Below, piece by piece: positions 19,954 through 30,361 of a stretch of DNA of 64,000 nt. Every line of letters starts with the position of its first letter. Positions within the stretch are counted from its first letter, which is position 1. The notes under the pieces were generated by a model. The model had not been told where the DNA came from and searched no databases. It saw only the letters and a program-made list of their open reading frames with translations. A program made the translations under genes and the position numbers. This DNA comes from an uncultured delta proteobacterium (GTDB taxonomy: Bacteria; Myxococcota_A; Polyangia; Polyangiales; Houyiibacteriaceae): contig CAVOVB010000001.1 of NCBI GenBank assembly GCA_963699755.1, positions 1,696,001 through 1,760,000 on the forward strand, written 5' to 3'.

Positions 19954-20976
19954 ATGAGTATCGAATTCAGCCTGTTTCGAATCCCAATCCGCATCCATTT
20001 GTGGTTTTGGCTGATGGCACTCTGGCTTTGGACGCTGAACAGCGAACAGGGCTGGGCGGGGCTTCTGATCTGGGTCGTCGTCGTATTCCAGGGGATTCTC
20101 ATGCACGAGCTCGGCCACGCCATCGTCGGGCGCGTGTTCGGCAGGCAGCCGCGAATCGAGCTCATCGCGCTCGGCGGTCTGACCTGGTGGGAGCAACAAG
20201 AGCCGATGAGCCCTGGGCGAAGCCTGATGGTGAGCGCCGCGGGTCCCGCCGTGGGCATTTTCATCGGGTCGCTCGCCCTGGTCCTGATGGACGCGCTACG
20301 CATTCCCGACCCTTCGCTTGCGCGCTATGCGTTTCGCTCGCTGATCTTCGTCAACCTCGGCTGGGGAATCTTGAACCTCTTGCCGGTGCTACCGCTCGAC
20401 GGAGGCAACATCGTGGCATCGCTCATGGAGCTTCTCGCCCCGTCTCGCGGGCGATTGCTTGCCTGCTACGTTTCCTTCGCAGTCATTGGCTTGCTCTTCG
20501 CGGTGACGGTCACCTTGCGACAGTACCCGATGACCATTCTCCTTTTCCTGCTGGCGTTCAGCACGTACCAAGCGTTTCGAATTGAACGGCAGCGCCTCGC
20601 CTCACCAGCCGAGCAGGGTGCGCCACCCCCGGGCTTGGTGCAGCAAGCGTTCGAAGCGCTCGAGCGCGGCGACGGCCAGGGCTTGATTCGCGCAGCGTCG
20701 GAGCTCATCGCCAAAGCCGATTCGACCCCAGAGCTCGATGAGGCCTTTCACCTCTTGGCCTGGGGGCGGCTCATCAATGGGGAGCCGGGCGAGGCCCATC
20801 AAGCGCTGTCCTCGATGTCTGGGGAGCGAAGCGCCGATCCGGCTCTCGAAGGCGCCGTTCTCGTGGAGCTCGGGAAGCCCGCCGACGCCGTGCCCTTCCT
20901 AGAACGGGCCTGCGAGCGGGGAGGGGACTTCGCGCATGCATACTACCTACGCGCACTAGAAGAGAAAAACGCATAA
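19954..20976 (+). CDS. Site-2 protease (M50) with C-terminal TPR-like region
   Basis: HELGH, AAGP, NLLPVLPLDGG; helical C-terminus. Confidence 0.9.
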   Translation: MSIEFSLFRIPIRIHLWFWLMALWLWTLNSEQGWAGLLIWVVVVFQGILMHELGHAIVGRVFGRQPRIELIALGGLTWWEQQEPMSPGRSLMVSAAGPAVGIFIGSLALVLMDALRIPDPSLARYAFRSLIFVNLGWGILNLLPVLPLDGGNIVASLMELLAPSRGRLLACYVSFAVIGLLFAVTVTLRQYPMTILLFLLAFSTYQAFRIERQRLASPAEQGAPPPGLVQQAFEALERGDGQGLIRAASELIAKADSTPELDEAFHLLAWGRLINGEPGEAHQALSSMSGERSADPALEGAVLVELGKPADAVPFLERACERGGDFAHAYYLRALEEKNA

Positions 20977-21048
20977 TTTCAGATGTTTGTACGAATTGTG
21001 GGTTCACCTAGCTTGCATCCATGCGAATGAGGGAATATATGATCTCCG

Positions 21049-22023
21049 ATGACTGTGGCCCTCGCCGAATCCCCGCGCTGGGAGCTCTACCGACTTCTCG
21101 GCGAGCCGAGGCGACTCCGTTTGCTCGGCCTCACTTCTGAAGACGAGCTCTCGATTGGCGAGCTCGCGGAGCTTACCCGGGAAGCGCAGCCGAACGTCTC
21201 CAAGCACTTGAAGCTGCTCCGTGAGGCGGGGCTGGTTGCCGTTCGGCGTCAGGGCACGCGCGCGTTCGCGAGGCTGTCGCCCGACTTGAACGGGGATCCC
21301 CTCTTGGCGGACGCGATTCGGTCCGGCCGAGCACTTTGCAGCGAAGATGGCAGCCTCGAGCGCGTCGCCACGGTGATTCGGGCGCGCGACGAAGATGCGC
21401 GCGAGTTCTTCGAGCAACCGGCGGACGATGCATCTCCAAGGTCGGTGTCCGAATGGTCTGCCTACCTCACGGCGATTCGCACTCTGCTGCCCCGACGTTC
21501 CCTCGCGGTCGATCTAGGCACCGGCGACGGCGCCCTCGTCGAGCTCCTGGCGCCTCTGTTCGACCGGGTCATTGCAGTTGACCGTTCCGCAAAGCAGCTT
21601 GCAGCCGCGCAGCGCAGGCTTTCGAGCCATGGCTACGATCACGTCGAGCTCATTCAAGCCGAGTACGACGATCCAGCCGTTTCGGATCGGGTTTGCGAGC
21701 TCGGCGGGGCCGATGCGGTGTTCGCCGTCCGCCTGCTCCACCATGCGCCGAAACCCCAGCAGGTGATGTCGCTTCTGGCCTCGCTCGTTCGCCCAGGCGG
21801 CCAGGCGGTGGTCATCGACTACTGCTCCCACGATGACGAGCTCATGCGCGAGCGCCAGGCCGACCTCTGGCTCGGATTCGACCGCGATGAGCTTTCTGGT
21901 TTCGCAAAGTCAGCGGGGTTGATTCACCCCGACATATTTGAAATTCCCGCGGCGCGCTACGGGCCTGGGCCGGACGCCCATTTGAAGTGGCAGGTGCTCG
22001 CAGCGCGACGTGGACCGAAATAG
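21049..22023 (+). CDS. sahR: ArsR-HTH / SAM-methyltransferase fusion regulator (SahR/SamR)
   Basis: N-terminal ArsR HTH ([17 protein letters not shown]), DLGTGDG SAM motif, LHHAPKP, ADLWLGF; directly upstream of ahcY. Confidence 0.88.
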   Translation: MTVALAESPRWELYRLLGEPRRLRLLGLTSEDELSIGELAELTREAQPNVSKHLKLLREAGLVAVRRQGTRAFARLSPDLNGDPLLADAIRSGRALCSEDGSLERVATVIRARDEDAREFFEQPADDASPRSVSEWSAYLTAIRTLLPRRSLAVDLGTGDGALVELLAPLFDRVIAVDRSAKQLAAAQRRLSSHGYDHVELIQAEYDDPAVSDRVCELGGADAVFAVRLLHHAPKPQQVMSLLASLVRPGGQAVVIDYCSHDDELMRERQADLWLGFDRDELSGFAKSAGLIHPDIFEIPAARYGPGPDAHLKWQVLAARRGPK

Positions 22024-22037
22024 GAGACAACACGATC

Positions 22038-23366
22038 ATGAGCCCAAATCCAGATCTGAAGCACAAAGTTGCCGACCTTTCGTTGGCCGACTGGGGACGA
22101 AAGGAAATCGCAATCGCCGAGCATGAAATGCCCGGACTGATGGCGCTTCGGCGCGAGTATGGCGCTCAAAAGCCGCTCGCTGGCGCGCGGATTGCTGGCT
22201 GCCTTCACATGACCATTCAGACAGCCGTTCTCATCGAGACGCTCCGCGAGCTCGGCGCCGAGGTCACCTGGACGAGCTGCAACATCTACTCGACTCAGGA
22301 CCATGCTGCGGCGGCCATCGCCGCAACCGGCGTTCCCGTCTTCGCCTGGAAGGGGGAGACCGAGGAAGAGTACGACTGGTGCATCCAGCAGCAGATTCGC
22401 GCGTTCGACGGCGGCAAGGCGCCGAACATGCTGCTCGACGACGGCGGTGACCTCACGGCCATTGTCCACCAACAGTATCCAGAGCTGTTTCAAGGCCCCG
22501 ATCGCATTCTTGGCCTCTCCGAAGAGACCACGACCGGCGTGCATCGTCTCTATGAAATGGAGCGTGACGGCGTGCTCAAATGCCCCGCCATCAACGTGAA
22601 CGACTCGGTGACGAAGGCGAAGTTCGACAACCTCTATGGCTGCCGCGAGTCACTCGTCGATGGCATCAAGCGGGCGACCGACGTCATGATCGCCGGCAAG
22701 GTGGTCGTCGTCGCTGGCTACGGCGATGTGGGCAAGGGTTGCGTCCAAGCCGTGGCCCGCGCAGGCGCTCGCGTTCTGGTGACTGAAATCGACCCGATTT
22801 GCGCGCTTCAGGCGACGATGGAGGGTCTCCAGGTCGTCACGATGGAAGAGGCCGCTCCCATCGCCGACATCTTCGTCACAGCCACGGGCTGCTGTGACGT
22901 CGTGACCGGCGAGCACATGAAGCAGATGAAGAACGAGGCCATCCTCTGCAACATCGGTCACTTCGATTCGGAGATTCAAGTCGCCTGGCTCACCGATCCT
23001 GCCAACGGCATCACCGAAGAGGAGATCAAGCCGCAGGTCGACCACTTCATCTTCCCCGACGGCAAGCGCATCATCTTGCTTGCACGCGGTCGCCTGGTGA
23101 ACCTCGGCTGCGCCACGGGCCATCCGAGCTTCGTGATGAGCAACTCGTTCAGCAACCAGGTGCTGGCCCAGATTTCACTCTGGACCGAGCGCGATCGCTA
23201 CGAGGACGGAAAGGTCTACGTGCTCTCGAAGGAGCTCGACGAGAAGGTCGCCGAGCTCCATCTCGGGCAGCTCGGCGCCAAGCTCACCAAGCTCACGCCG
23301 GCCCAATCCGAGTACCTCGGGATCTCACCTCAGGGTCCGTTCAAGCCGAGCTACTACCGCTACTGA
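22038..23366 (+). CDS. ahcY: S-adenosylhomocysteine hydrolase
   Basis: [70 protein letters not shown]. Confidence 0.98.
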   Translation: MSPNPDLKHKVADLSLADWGRKEIAIAEHEMPGLMALRREYGAQKPLAGARIAGCLHMTIQTAVLIETLRELGAEVTWTSCNIYSTQDHAAAAIAATGVPVFAWKGETEEEYDWCIQQQIRAFDGGKAPNMLLDDGGDLTAIVHQQYPELFQGPDRILGLSEETTTGVHRLYEMERDGVLKCPAINVNDSVTKAKFDNLYGCRESLVDGIKRATDVMIAGKVVVVAGYGDVGKGCVQAVARAGARVLVTEIDPICALQATMEGLQVVTMEEAAPIADIFVTATGCCDVVTGEHMKQMKNEAILCNIGHFDSEIQVAWLTDPANGITEEEIKPQVDHFIFPDGKRIILLARGRLVNLGCATGHPSFVMSNSFSNQVLAQISLWTERDRYEDGKVYVLSKELDEKVAELHLGQLGAKLTKLTPAQSEYLGISPQGPFKPSYYRY

Positions 23367-23372
23367 GCCACG

Positions 23373-24275
23373 ATGGTCTCGCTTTTGATCGAGACTTGGC
23401 GCTACTTTGCGTCGCATGATGGGCGATTGCTCTCCGGGGCAATCGCCTTCTATGCGTCTTTGGCGATCGCTCCGCTCGGGGTCGTCGCCTTGCTGATCGC
23501 CTCGCTCGTCATGTCGGAGTCGGCGGCCCGGGAGGAGCTCGTCGGGCAGGTCGGGGCCTTTCTCGGGCCCGACCTGGCTGCGTTCCTCATCGACACGATC
23601 GTCAAGCTCGGCGATGAAGCGACGAGCTTCGCAGCTCCCGTACTCGGCGCGATCTTCATGCTCTACATCTCCGCGCGCCTGTTCTCCATGCTCCGGCGCG
23701 CGCTCAATCACATGTGGGGCATTCGACCCAAGCTCTTGGTTCACGCCAGTCGTTCCGAGACCTTGCATCTGGTACAGCGGCGACTGCTCGCGTTTGCAAT
23801 GGTTCTGGTGTTCGGAAGCTCGCTGATCGCCTTGGTCTTGCTGCACTCCGGCGCCGCAGCGGCGGCCCACCTCTTCGGCGACAGCCGCTACATGCTGACC
23901 TTGGCCGAATTTGGCAGCGCGTTCGCGGTCATGGCGCCCCTGATCGCCCTGGTTTACCGCTGGCTTCCGGACGCCGTCATCGCCTGGCGTGACGTCTGGG
24001 TGGGCGCCGCGGTGACTTGCCTGTTCGTCCTTGGCGGCTCCTTCTTGATCGGCATCTACCTCGGCTACGCAAGCCCGGCTTCGATTTACGGAGCGGCTGG
24101 ATCGCTGATCGTCTTGCTTCTGTGGATCTACTATACGACGCAGATCTTCCTGATGGGCGCGGTGTTCACGCGGGCCTGGGCGCGACGGCATGGAAGAGCG
24201 ATCGAGCCGCTACCTTTTGCCGAAGCGGTCGAAACCCGCGACTACTCGGCAAACGTCTCGGCCAGCGAAACGTAG
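23373..24275 (+). CDS. YihY/virulence factor BrkB family membrane protein
   Basis: AIAFYASLAIAP, ALNHMWG, YGAAGSLIVLLLWIYY. Confidence 0.92.
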   Translation: MVSLLIETWRYFASHDGRLLSGAIAFYASLAIAPLGVVALLIASLVMSESAAREELVGQVGAFLGPDLAAFLIDTIVKLGDEATSFAAPVLGAIFMLYISARLFSMLRRALNHMWGIRPKLLVHASRSETLHLVQRRLLAFAMVLVFGSSLIALVLLHSGAAAAAHLFGDSRYMLTLAEFGSAFAVMAPLIALVYRWLPDAVIAWRDVWVGAAVTCLFVLGGSFLIGIYLGYASPASIYGAAGSLIVLLLWIYYTTQIFLMGAVFTRAWARRHGRAIEPLPFAEAVETRDYSANVSASET

Positions 24276-25285
24276 TGCGGCGCATGCTTGGGCGCTTCCG
24301 TCGAGCTGCCGTGCATGTGCTTGTCGAGGAAATCAAACAGAGCGCCCCATTGCTCGCGCGCAGCGGCGCGCCAGAGCAGAACGTTGAAGGCGTGGATCTC
24401 CCCGCGGAATACGTGCATCTCGCAGTCGGTGCCGCGTTTGGCAAGCGCGTCGTTCAGGCGAATGGTGTCGCCCAAGAGCGGGTCAGCCGTGCCGACGGTA
24501 GTGAAGAACGGCGGGAGCGGACGGCTTCCAGGCACTGCTGGCCTTTCAAACAGGCGCAGTGGGCTGGCCAGCGGGAACTGAAGCGCTCGCTTCACACGTC
24601 GGCCCAGGTAGGAGTAGGCGGTGCCTCGTATCTCGCCCTTGATCCAGCTTGCCATGCGCCGGCTCTTTTCTGGGTCGCGCCAGAAGCGTCGGACGTCGTG
24701 AACGTCGAGCAAACCGTACAAAGGAGCGACGCAGGAGATCTTCGCATCACGCTCGAAGATGCTCCGAGTGAACGGCTCGGGGCGTGGGTGCGTTGCGCAA
24801 TACGCGAGTGCCGCGGTGAGATTCGCGCCGGCGGACTCTCCGATGATCGCCAGCCGCGAGGTATCGGCACCGTACTTGGCCCCGTTGTCGAGCACCCACT
24901 CGAAAGCTGCGATCGCATCCTTGAGGGGTTTCGGATAGGTGTGCACCGGGCCGAGCCGGTAGTTGATGTTGAAAACCTGATAGCCCTGGGCCGCCAGGAC
25001 GTAGGCCATGATTCGGTGGGTGTCTTTCGACATCATCGAGAATGCGCCGCCGTGGACGTAGACGATCGTCGGCAGGGACCCAACGGCGTCTCTGCTTCGG
25101 TAGATGTCCAAAAGGTGTGAGCGCCTACGCGTGTTTCGGTACGGCACGTTGTGTTCGACGTGAACACGGCGCCAACTCTGAATCACCCAGGGAAGCACGC
25201 CGTACCCGAGGTGCGAAAGGCGATTCGCTGCCTTGTCCACGCCGTTGCGCACCAACGGCATGAGGGAGTCACGGGGACGGGCCAT
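24242..25285 (-). CDS. Alpha/beta hydrolase (HSL-family esterase/lipase)
   Basis: HGGAF oxyanion motif, GESAG nucleophile, GTADPL, EIHAF. Confidence 0.9.
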   Translation of the reverse strand: MARPRDSLMPLVRNGVDKAANRLSHLGYGVLPWVIQSWRRVHVEHNVPYRNTRRRSHLLDIYRSRDAVGSLPTIVYVHGGAFSMMSKDTHRIMAYVLAAQGYQVFNINYRLGPVHTYPKPLKDAIAAFEWVLDNGAKYGADTSRLAIIGESAGANLTAALAYCATHPRPEPFTRSIFERDAKISCVAPLYGLLDVHDVRRFWRDPEKSRRMASWIKGEIRGTAYSYLGRRVKRALQFPLASPLRLFERPAVPGSRPLPPFFTTVGTADPLLGDTIRLNDALAKRGTDCEMHVFRGEIHAFNVLLWRAAAREQWGALFDFLDKHMHGSSTEAPKHAPHYVSLAETFAE

Positions 25286-25311
25286 GCCTCAATGATAGGG
25301 GTAGAAGCCGC

Positions 25312-26853
25312 TTACGAAAAGAAGCCGAGCTTCTTGAGCGCACTCCCATAGATGAATCGAATCATTCCATCGATTTCCTCTATGGTTTTCGCGGTATGTG
25401 GGTACCAAACCCGCTCTTTGTTTGCGGCCCAACGGTCGATGAAAATGGGCTGCTGATGGGTATATCCGCGAAGCCCTCCGAGGCCGTTGACCTGGCCCAC
25501 ACCGCTGTCCTTCATGCCGCCGAATGGCGCTTCGGGTGCGCCATAGGCCATCGACGCATCGTTGATCACGACCGAGCCCGTTTCGAGTCGCTTTGCGATC
25601 TCGATGCCCTTCTCAATGTTGCGCGTCCAGACGCTGCCGCTCAGCCCGTATTGTGAATCGTTGGCAAGACGAATCGCCTCTTCTTCGTCGGCGACACGCA
25701 TGACCGAGACAATCGGACCAAACGTTTCTTCCCGCATCAGCTCCATCGTGTGGTCGAGTTTGCGCACGAACGTTGGCTTGTAGAAAAGGCCCTTGCGCGT
25801 GTCGGCTTCTCCACCGACCACGATCTCAGCGCCTTTTGCTTTCGCGTCCTCGATGTGGCGCTCGATGATCGGCAATTGGCGATCCCAGAACACCGAACCC
25901 ACATCGACGTCATCGCCAGAGCCGTATCGGAGCTCGCTGACGATCTTTCGTACGCGATCTTCGAACTCGTCGGCCACGGATTCGACCACGTAGACCCGCT
26001 CCACACCCATGCAGACATGGCCCGAATTGAGCATGGAGTTGAAGACCGCACCGCCAGCAGCGCGTTCGAGATTGGCGTCCTCGCAGACGATCATGGCGTC
26101 TTTTCCGCCGAGCTCCAGCGTGCACGGGATCAGCTGCGCTGCGCACGCCGCCGCGATCTTCTTGCCCGTCCGGACGCTGCCGGTAAACGAGATCTTCTGT
26201 ACCCCGCCCTGAACCAGCGCTGCTCCCGTTTCTCCATCCCCGTGCAAGGTCTGTACGACGCCTTCGGGCACCCCCGCTTCCCTCAGGAGTCGGATAGCCC
26301 AGTCGCCGGAATACGGCGCGACTTCCGAAGGCTTCAAGATGACCGCGTTGCCCGCGAGTATCGCCTGCACCGTCGGATTCATCGCCAAGGAAAAGGGGCC
26401 GTTCCAAGGTGTGATGATGCCGACCACGCCAAGCGGTCGGTAGTGCATCATGAGCTTTTTGTAAGGGCGCAGATAGCCGTGGAGCTTTCGCTTCTCGTCC
26501 GAGAGCTCCTTCAGCGCGCGCCCGCACCAGAAGTTGATGTAGTCGCAGGATGGAAGGACCTCCATGATCAAACACTCGAGCTTCGTCTTGCCCGTTTCGT
26601 CGATGATCGTCTTCACCACCGCTTCGCGCTGCTCGACCAGAACGTCGATCGCGCCTCGGACGATGCGCGCACGTTCCGCTATCGGCACCCGAGCCCATTC
26701 CCTCTGCGCATCTCGCGCCTTGGCGATCGCTGCTTCCACATCGGCTTGGCCGTTGACGAGGATCTCGCCCACGGATTCGCGCGTTGCCGGGCTCCGAATT
26801 CCGAGCCTGCGGCGCCCCTCGGAAGTTGGGGAAAGTGGTTCGACGATGGCCAT
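25312..26853 (-). CDS. Aldehyde dehydrogenase
   Basis: ITPWN, KPSE, FTGS, LELGGKD, GHVC (catalytic Cys), EETFGP, PFGGMKDSG; AGGAG RBS supports a start at MAIVEP. Confidence 0.95.
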   Translation of the reverse strand: MAIVEPLSPTSEGRRRLGIRSPATRESVGEILVNGQADVEAAIAKARDAQREWARVPIAERARIVRGAIDVLVEQREAVVKTIIDETGKTKLECLIMEVLPSCDYINFWCGRALKELSDEKRKLHGYLRPYKKLMMHYRPLGVVGIITPWNGPFSLAMNPTVQAILAGNAVILKPSEVAPYSGDWAIRLLREAGVPEGVVQTLHGDGETGAALVQGGVQKISFTGSVRTGKKIAAACAAQLIPCTLELGGKDAMIVCEDANLERAAGGAVFNSMLNSGHVCMGVERVYVVESVADEFEDRVRKIVSELRYGSGDDVDVGSVFWDRQLPIIERHIEDAKAKGAEIVVGGEADTRKGLFYKPTFVRKLDHTMELMREETFGPIVSVMRVADEEEAIRLANDSQYGLSGSVWTRNIEKGIEIAKRLETGSVVINDASMAYGAPEAPFGGMKDSGVGQVNGLGGLRGYTHQQPIFIDRWAANKERVWYPHTAKTIEEIDGMIRFIYGSALKKLGFFS

Positions 26854-26950
26854 CGATCTGCTCCTGTTGATTCGCCTCGCCGGGGGCGACGACTGAAACA
26901 TGTTCTACTGACCAGCCGCCCAAACGCAAGCAGGCCCCTAGAGTTGGCAT

Positions 26951-26968
26951 AACTGTAATATTACACTT
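26951..26968. promoter_or_regulatory. AT-rich palindromic operator in the divergent aldH / FG-GAP promoter region
   Basis: Perfect 12-bp palindrome TGTAATATTACA (26954-26965) extended by AA/TT flanks, in an otherwise GC-rich genome. Confidence 0.55.
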
Positions 26969-26980
26969 ATATTTCAAAGC

Positions 26981-29695
26981 ATGCGCGCATCGATTTGTGT
27001 GGCCCTGCTTTGCGTGGCCGTGGCTGGCTGTGGAGATGCTTCAACGAGCTTTCCCCCTCGTCTCGGCACAGCGGGAAGCGGCGGGACGCCCAGCCCCGAT
27101 GGCGGCATCCTCTTCGGTTGCAACTGCCCGTTTGGAGAAGCGTGTTCTCCCGAGGGTCTATGCACTTCGATCTGCGGCGACCAAGCCGCCTGTGTCTTCG
27201 GTGGGACGGCTCAATGCTGTGGTGCCGGCAGCGTCTGCCAGGACGGGAGCTGCGTCACGGATTGCGGAAACGAAGTCGAGTGCAACGGGTCGTGCTGCGA
27301 AAGCACGGAGATGTGTTTCGAGGGAGCATGCGTCGCGCAATGCGATGATCCGTTGCAGCTCTGCGGAAATGACGATGAGCTCTGCTGTGCGAGCGGCGAG
27401 GGCTGTATCGGCAGCGCTTGCGTCCCGCTCCTGAACGACTGCACGTTCAGCGAGGATTGCGAGGTCGACGAGCTTTGCGAGCCCAGTCTCGGCGTGTGCA
27501 TTCCCCGCGATTCCGTCGACGTCTGCGAGTATCGGCCTCCAGTTGGGGACTTCGCGCCGACCATCGCCTGCAGGTGGACACCTCCCGAGGCACCGTCCGG
27601 CGCCAACGCCGAAGCCATCGAGCTCGCGAGCATGAGCGACGTCGTGATGACGCCGTCGGTGGCCAATCTCACCGACGACAACGGAGATGGCGTCACCGAC
27701 GTGTTCGATACCCCCGACATCGTGTTCGTGAGCTTCAACCGCACTGCGAACGGCTGCTGCACCAGCCGAGGCGTGCTGAGGGTCGTGTCCGGCGCCTGCA
27801 ACGGCGACGGAACGATGAACACGCACGCCACGCTCAAAGGCCTAGGAGCGGGGGATTGGATTGGGAATTCCACGGGTATTGCACTGGGCAACCTGCACCC
27901 CGACGACATGAGCGCAGAGCGTGTTCCTGAAATCGTCGCCACCTTCAAGAACGGGGGCACCATCGCCTGGCGGCGAACCGCGGATGACGGCTCGGTCTGG
28001 GAAGTCATGTGGCAAAACGACGAGCTTCCGAGTAACCAGCACACCCGCGGCGGCGCTCAACCGTCGATTGCCGACTTGAACGCCGACGGAAGGCCCGAAG
28101 TCATCGTCGGTAACGTCGTGCTCGATGGTCTGACGGGAAAGGGGCCAAACGACGCCGACTTGCCGGCGGAGGCGCTGGCCTGGGATGGGCGCGATCTCGA
28201 ATCCGCGACCCCCGGGTCCAATCTTGGAATCGGGAACAACGCGTTCCTCGGTCCGGTGTCGACCGTCGCGGATCTCGATCGGGATGGGCTCCAGGAAGTG
28301 ATCGCCGGGAACACGGTCTACAACTACGACGGGAGCCAGCGCTGGACCTACGAGTACACGACGGTCAACTCTAGCTGTGGGGGTTCGCTCGATTGTGACG
28401 GCTACAATGCAGTCGGCAATTTCGATGGCGACGACGACGGAGAAGTCGTGATCATTCGACAGGGTGAGCTCTTCATTCTCGACCACGATGGCTCTCCCGT
28501 TGCTGGAATTCCACTGCCGATTCGCATTCCCGGTGCTCCGGCAGACGTCGCGGAGCCCACGTACGCGCCGGCCGCCTACGTGCCCTCGGCCCCGCTCTAT
28601 GACGAGGACGGGGACCTTCTTCCACCGGAGCGGATTCTCTGTGGCGGAGCGCTGCATCTGCCCGCTTTCGACTCCGCAGGAAATCCAATCATGAGCGGGG
28701 GTTCCCAGGTCGTGGTCGACACGGCCGGTGCGAACGAAAGCGGACCGCCGACCGTGGCGGACTTCGACGGAGACGGATTTGCCGAGGTCGGTACGGCGAG
28801 CTCGACCGCCTACGTGGTTTTTGATTTCCAGTGTACGGGGGACCCGCTACCCCCCGAGTGTGAACGCGAGTGGGTCCGCTGGATGGTCGAGAACGACGAC
28901 TGCTCGAGCCGCGCGACCGGGTCGAGTGTCTTCGACTTCGAGGGAGATGGCTCCGCCGAGGTGGTGTATGCGGACGAAACGACGTTTCGCATCTTCAGAG
29001 GGTCCGACGGTACCATTCTCTATGAGGACTCTACCCACAGCAGCAACACGCGTGTGGAAATGCCCATCGTCGTCGACGTCGACAACGACGGGAAGTCCGA
29101 GGTCGTGATTCCCGAGCCGAATACCAATCCGGGTCTCGGTGGCATCGAGATTTGGGAAGATGCCGACAACAACTGGGTCCGAACCCGACGCATTTGGAAC
29201 CAGCACGGCTACAGCGTCACCAACGTCACCGAGGATGGTCAGATTCCACGCGTTCCAGCGACGAACTGGACGCGCTCGAGGCTCAACAATTTCCGGCAGA
29301 ACGTTCAACCCGGGGGGCTTTTTGATGCTCCCGACTTCGTCGTTCGCGAGATTTCGAGACTCGATTGTGACGAGAGTCATTTCGTCTTGGCGATCGTCGT
29401 AGGCAATGATGGCTCGTTGAGCGTCCCGCCGGGGATTCTCACCCACGTCGTGGTGACCAGCGACGATGGGCGGGTCTTCGACCTCGGCACAGCTGCGACT
29501 TCTGGATGGTTGCTCCCGGGACAGTCCGAGCAGCTCGAGGTCGTGTTCGCAATCCCGGATGGGCCCTCGATTGGCACGATCGTCGTTTCGGCCACGGTGG
29601 ACGAAGACGGGCTGGGCGGCCAGCAGTACAACGAATGTGACGATGAAAACAACGCTGCGGCGTCGAATCCGCTGAGCTGCCCGTCGGTCGAGTAG
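26981..29695 (+). CDS. Cys-rich lipoprotein with FG-GAP/VCBS Ca-binding beta-propeller and C-terminal CARDB-like domain
   Basis: Lipobox VAGC; Cys-rich repeats; seven DxDxDG-type loops (DDNGDG, DLNADG, DLDRDG, NFDGDD, DFDGDG, DFEGDG, DVDNDG); IWNQHGYSVTNV; ECDDENN. Confidence 0.85.
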   Translation: MRASICVALLCVAVAGCGDASTSFPPRLGTAGSGGTPSPDGGILFGCNCPFGEACSPEGLCTSICGDQAACVFGGTAQCCGAGSVCQDGSCVTDCGNEVECNGSCCESTEMCFEGACVAQCDDPLQLCGNDDELCCASGEGCIGSACVPLLNDCTFSEDCEVDELCEPSLGVCIPRDSVDVCEYRPPVGDFAPTIACRWTPPEAPSGANAEAIELASMSDVVMTPSVANLTDDNGDGVTDVFDTPDIVFVSFNRTANGCCTSRGVLRVVSGACNGDGTMNTHATLKGLGAGDWIGNSTGIALGNLHPDDMSAERVPEIVATFKNGGTIAWRRTADDGSVWEVMWQNDELPSNQHTRGGAQPSIADLNADGRPEVIVGNVVLDGLTGKGPNDADLPAEALAWDGRDLESATPGSNLGIGNNAFLGPVSTVADLDRDGLQEVIAGNTVYNYDGSQRWTYEYTTVNSSCGGSLDCDGYNAVGNFDGDDDGEVVIIRQGELFILDHDGSPVAGIPLPIRIPGAPADVAEPTYAPAAYVPSAPLYDEDGDLLPPERILCGGALHLPAFDSAGNPIMSGGSQVVVDTAGANESGPPTVADFDGDGFAEVGTASSTAYVVFDFQCTGDPLPPECEREWVRWMVENDDCSSRATGSSVFDFEGDGSAEVVYADETTFRIFRGSDGTILYEDSTHSSNTRVEMPIVVDVDNDGKSEVVIPEPNTNPGLGGIEIWEDADNNWVRTRRIWNQHGYSVTNVTEDGQIPRVPATNWTRSRLNNFRQNVQPGGLFDAPDFVVREISRLDCDESHFVLAIVVGNDGSLSVPPGILTHVVVTSDDGRVFDLGTAATSGWLLPGQSEQLEVVFAIPDGPSIGTIVVSATVDEDGLGGQQYNECDDENNAAASNPLSCPSVE

Positions 29696-29774
29696 CCCGC
29701 AACTCCCAGTTTTTCGAGCAAGCGATCATGGCTATTGTTCAAAAGGGCCATCTAGGCGCATACTCGTCGATCCG

Positions 29775-30299
29775 GTGCTTCGTACATCCACGATCCCGCC
29801 GGCAAGCCGGCTGATTATCCGACAGGGAGGGGTTTCTGACCTCGGCGGGATCGTTCGGCTCTGCGAAAAGCATGCGGAGTATTGGGATGGCCTGCTCCCC
29901 AGTGCGATACGGTTGACTCGCTTTTTCGAGCGCGCTCTGAAGTCACAGGACGAGATCTTTCAGTTCTGGATCGCTGAAAGCGGGCGCGGCGCGATGGTGG
30001 GCTGGGAGATGCTGTCCGCCGAGACTGCTGATCCGGCGAATCGACGTCTGACTGCCCAAGCGACCACCTGTCTTGGCCGGGAAAGCTCTGCACTTGGTCG
30101 CATGTTGGCGACCCACGCGATTCGACACGCGGTTCGTACACCGCTTCAGTACGTGTTCGCACGGGTGCCGACTCGCAACACGCTGATGCTCAGCGTGCTC
30201 GAAGCGGTGGGTTATCAAGAAGTGGGTCTGATTCCCGAAGCGGCCAAACCGCCCACGCGTCCCGAGCAGCTCGAGTTCGTGTACGTCGTCGAGCGCTAG
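29775..30299 (+). CDS. GNAT-like N-acetyltransferase
   Basis: IIRQGGVSDL start, LGRMLA, NTLMLSVLEAVGYQEVGLIP resemble GNAT motifs A/B. Confidence 0.6.
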   Translation: MLRTSTIPPASRLIIRQGGVSDLGGIVRLCEKHAEYWDGLLPSAIRLTRFFERALKSQDEIFQFWIAESGRGAMVGWEMLSAETADPANRRLTAQATTCLGRESSALGRMLATHAIRHAVRTPLQYVFARVPTRNTLMLSVLEAVGYQEVGLIPEAAKPPTRPEQLEFVYVVER

Positions 30300-30361
30300 G
30301 GGCATCGTCCTCGCTTGCCCTCGGCACTGTTTCGGATAAGGTGCCCGATCTGGGAGGCGCC

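Noticed and set aside
22020..22040. SAH/SAM riboswitch upstream of ahcY
   Set aside because: Only a 14-nt gap containing the RBS; SahR explains the regulation.
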